Shown here piece by piece: positions 63,811 through 64,000 of a stretch of DNA of 64,000 nucleotides. Origin of the DNA: Methanocaldococcus sp. 16A (GTDB lineage: Archaea > AGJL01 > Methanococci > Methanococcales > Methanocaldococcaceae). The stretch is taken from NCBI GenBank assembly GCA_049860595.1, contig CP187551.1. The stretch is one strand, 5' to 3'. A model generated the notes under the pieces. The model saw only the letters and a program-made list of their open reading frames with translations. It made no database searches and was not told the DNA's origin. The position numbers were made by a program, and so were the translations under genes. Positions within the stretch are counted from its first letter, which is position 1. Each line of letters opens with the position of its first letter.

Positions 63811-64000
63811 ATGAATACAATTCTAAAAAAATTACTGTCCAATAAAGGACAATCTTCAATTGAAATTATTGTATTGATTAGTTCAGCTTCATTGGCTGCC
63901 ATAATTATAGCATATTTTTATATATCCTCTTTAAAAGATTTAGCTTATGAAATGAATAACATGGGTAAAAAGGCAGAAAATTTTATAAATATAACCAACA
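63811..64000 (+). CDS. Class III signal peptide (type IV pilin-like) protein, runs off window end; missing from ORF track
   Basis: Manual translation MNTILKKLLSNKG|QSSIEIIVLISSASLAAIIIAYFY: KG|QxxxE cleavage motif followed by a hydrophobic stretch. Confidence 0.75.
   Translation, partial: MNTILKKLLSNKGQSSIEIIVLISSASLAAIIIAYFYISSLKDLAYEMNNMGKKAENFINITN

Overview
AT-rich hyperthermophilic methanogen chromosome. Gene content and order match Methanocaldococcus: aksA, aroA, leuC, hjc, selB, rnp2, nadC, mdh, hcgC/hcgB, pheS, cobQ, dph2, adk-secY-spc/L22 ribosomal protein cluster, ef1b, mfnE, mtnA, trpF, tRNA-Val(GAC), cofG, eif1a, rio1, hypB, trm14, tgtA. The main accessory part (about 4.1-12 kb) is a second formylmethanofuran dehydrogenase locus: fwdF-fwdG divergent from fmdE-fmdA-fmdC(D fusion)-fmdB-moeA. 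The ORF track splits its fmdB, but it reads as one selenoprotein gene, with an in-frame TGA at the metal-ligand position and a canonical archaeal SECIS in the 3' UTR. moeA is frameshifted in an A8 run. Non-coding features include a box C/D sRNA, a GC-rich structured leader and a 13-bp long-range inverted repeat that encloses the RNase P rnp1 gene and covers its ribosome-binding site, three families of palindromic MITE-like repeats, and a four-hairpin element flanked by 21-bp direct repeats next to a tRNA 3'-end duplication. Protein family calls are by motif recognition only; no searches were run.
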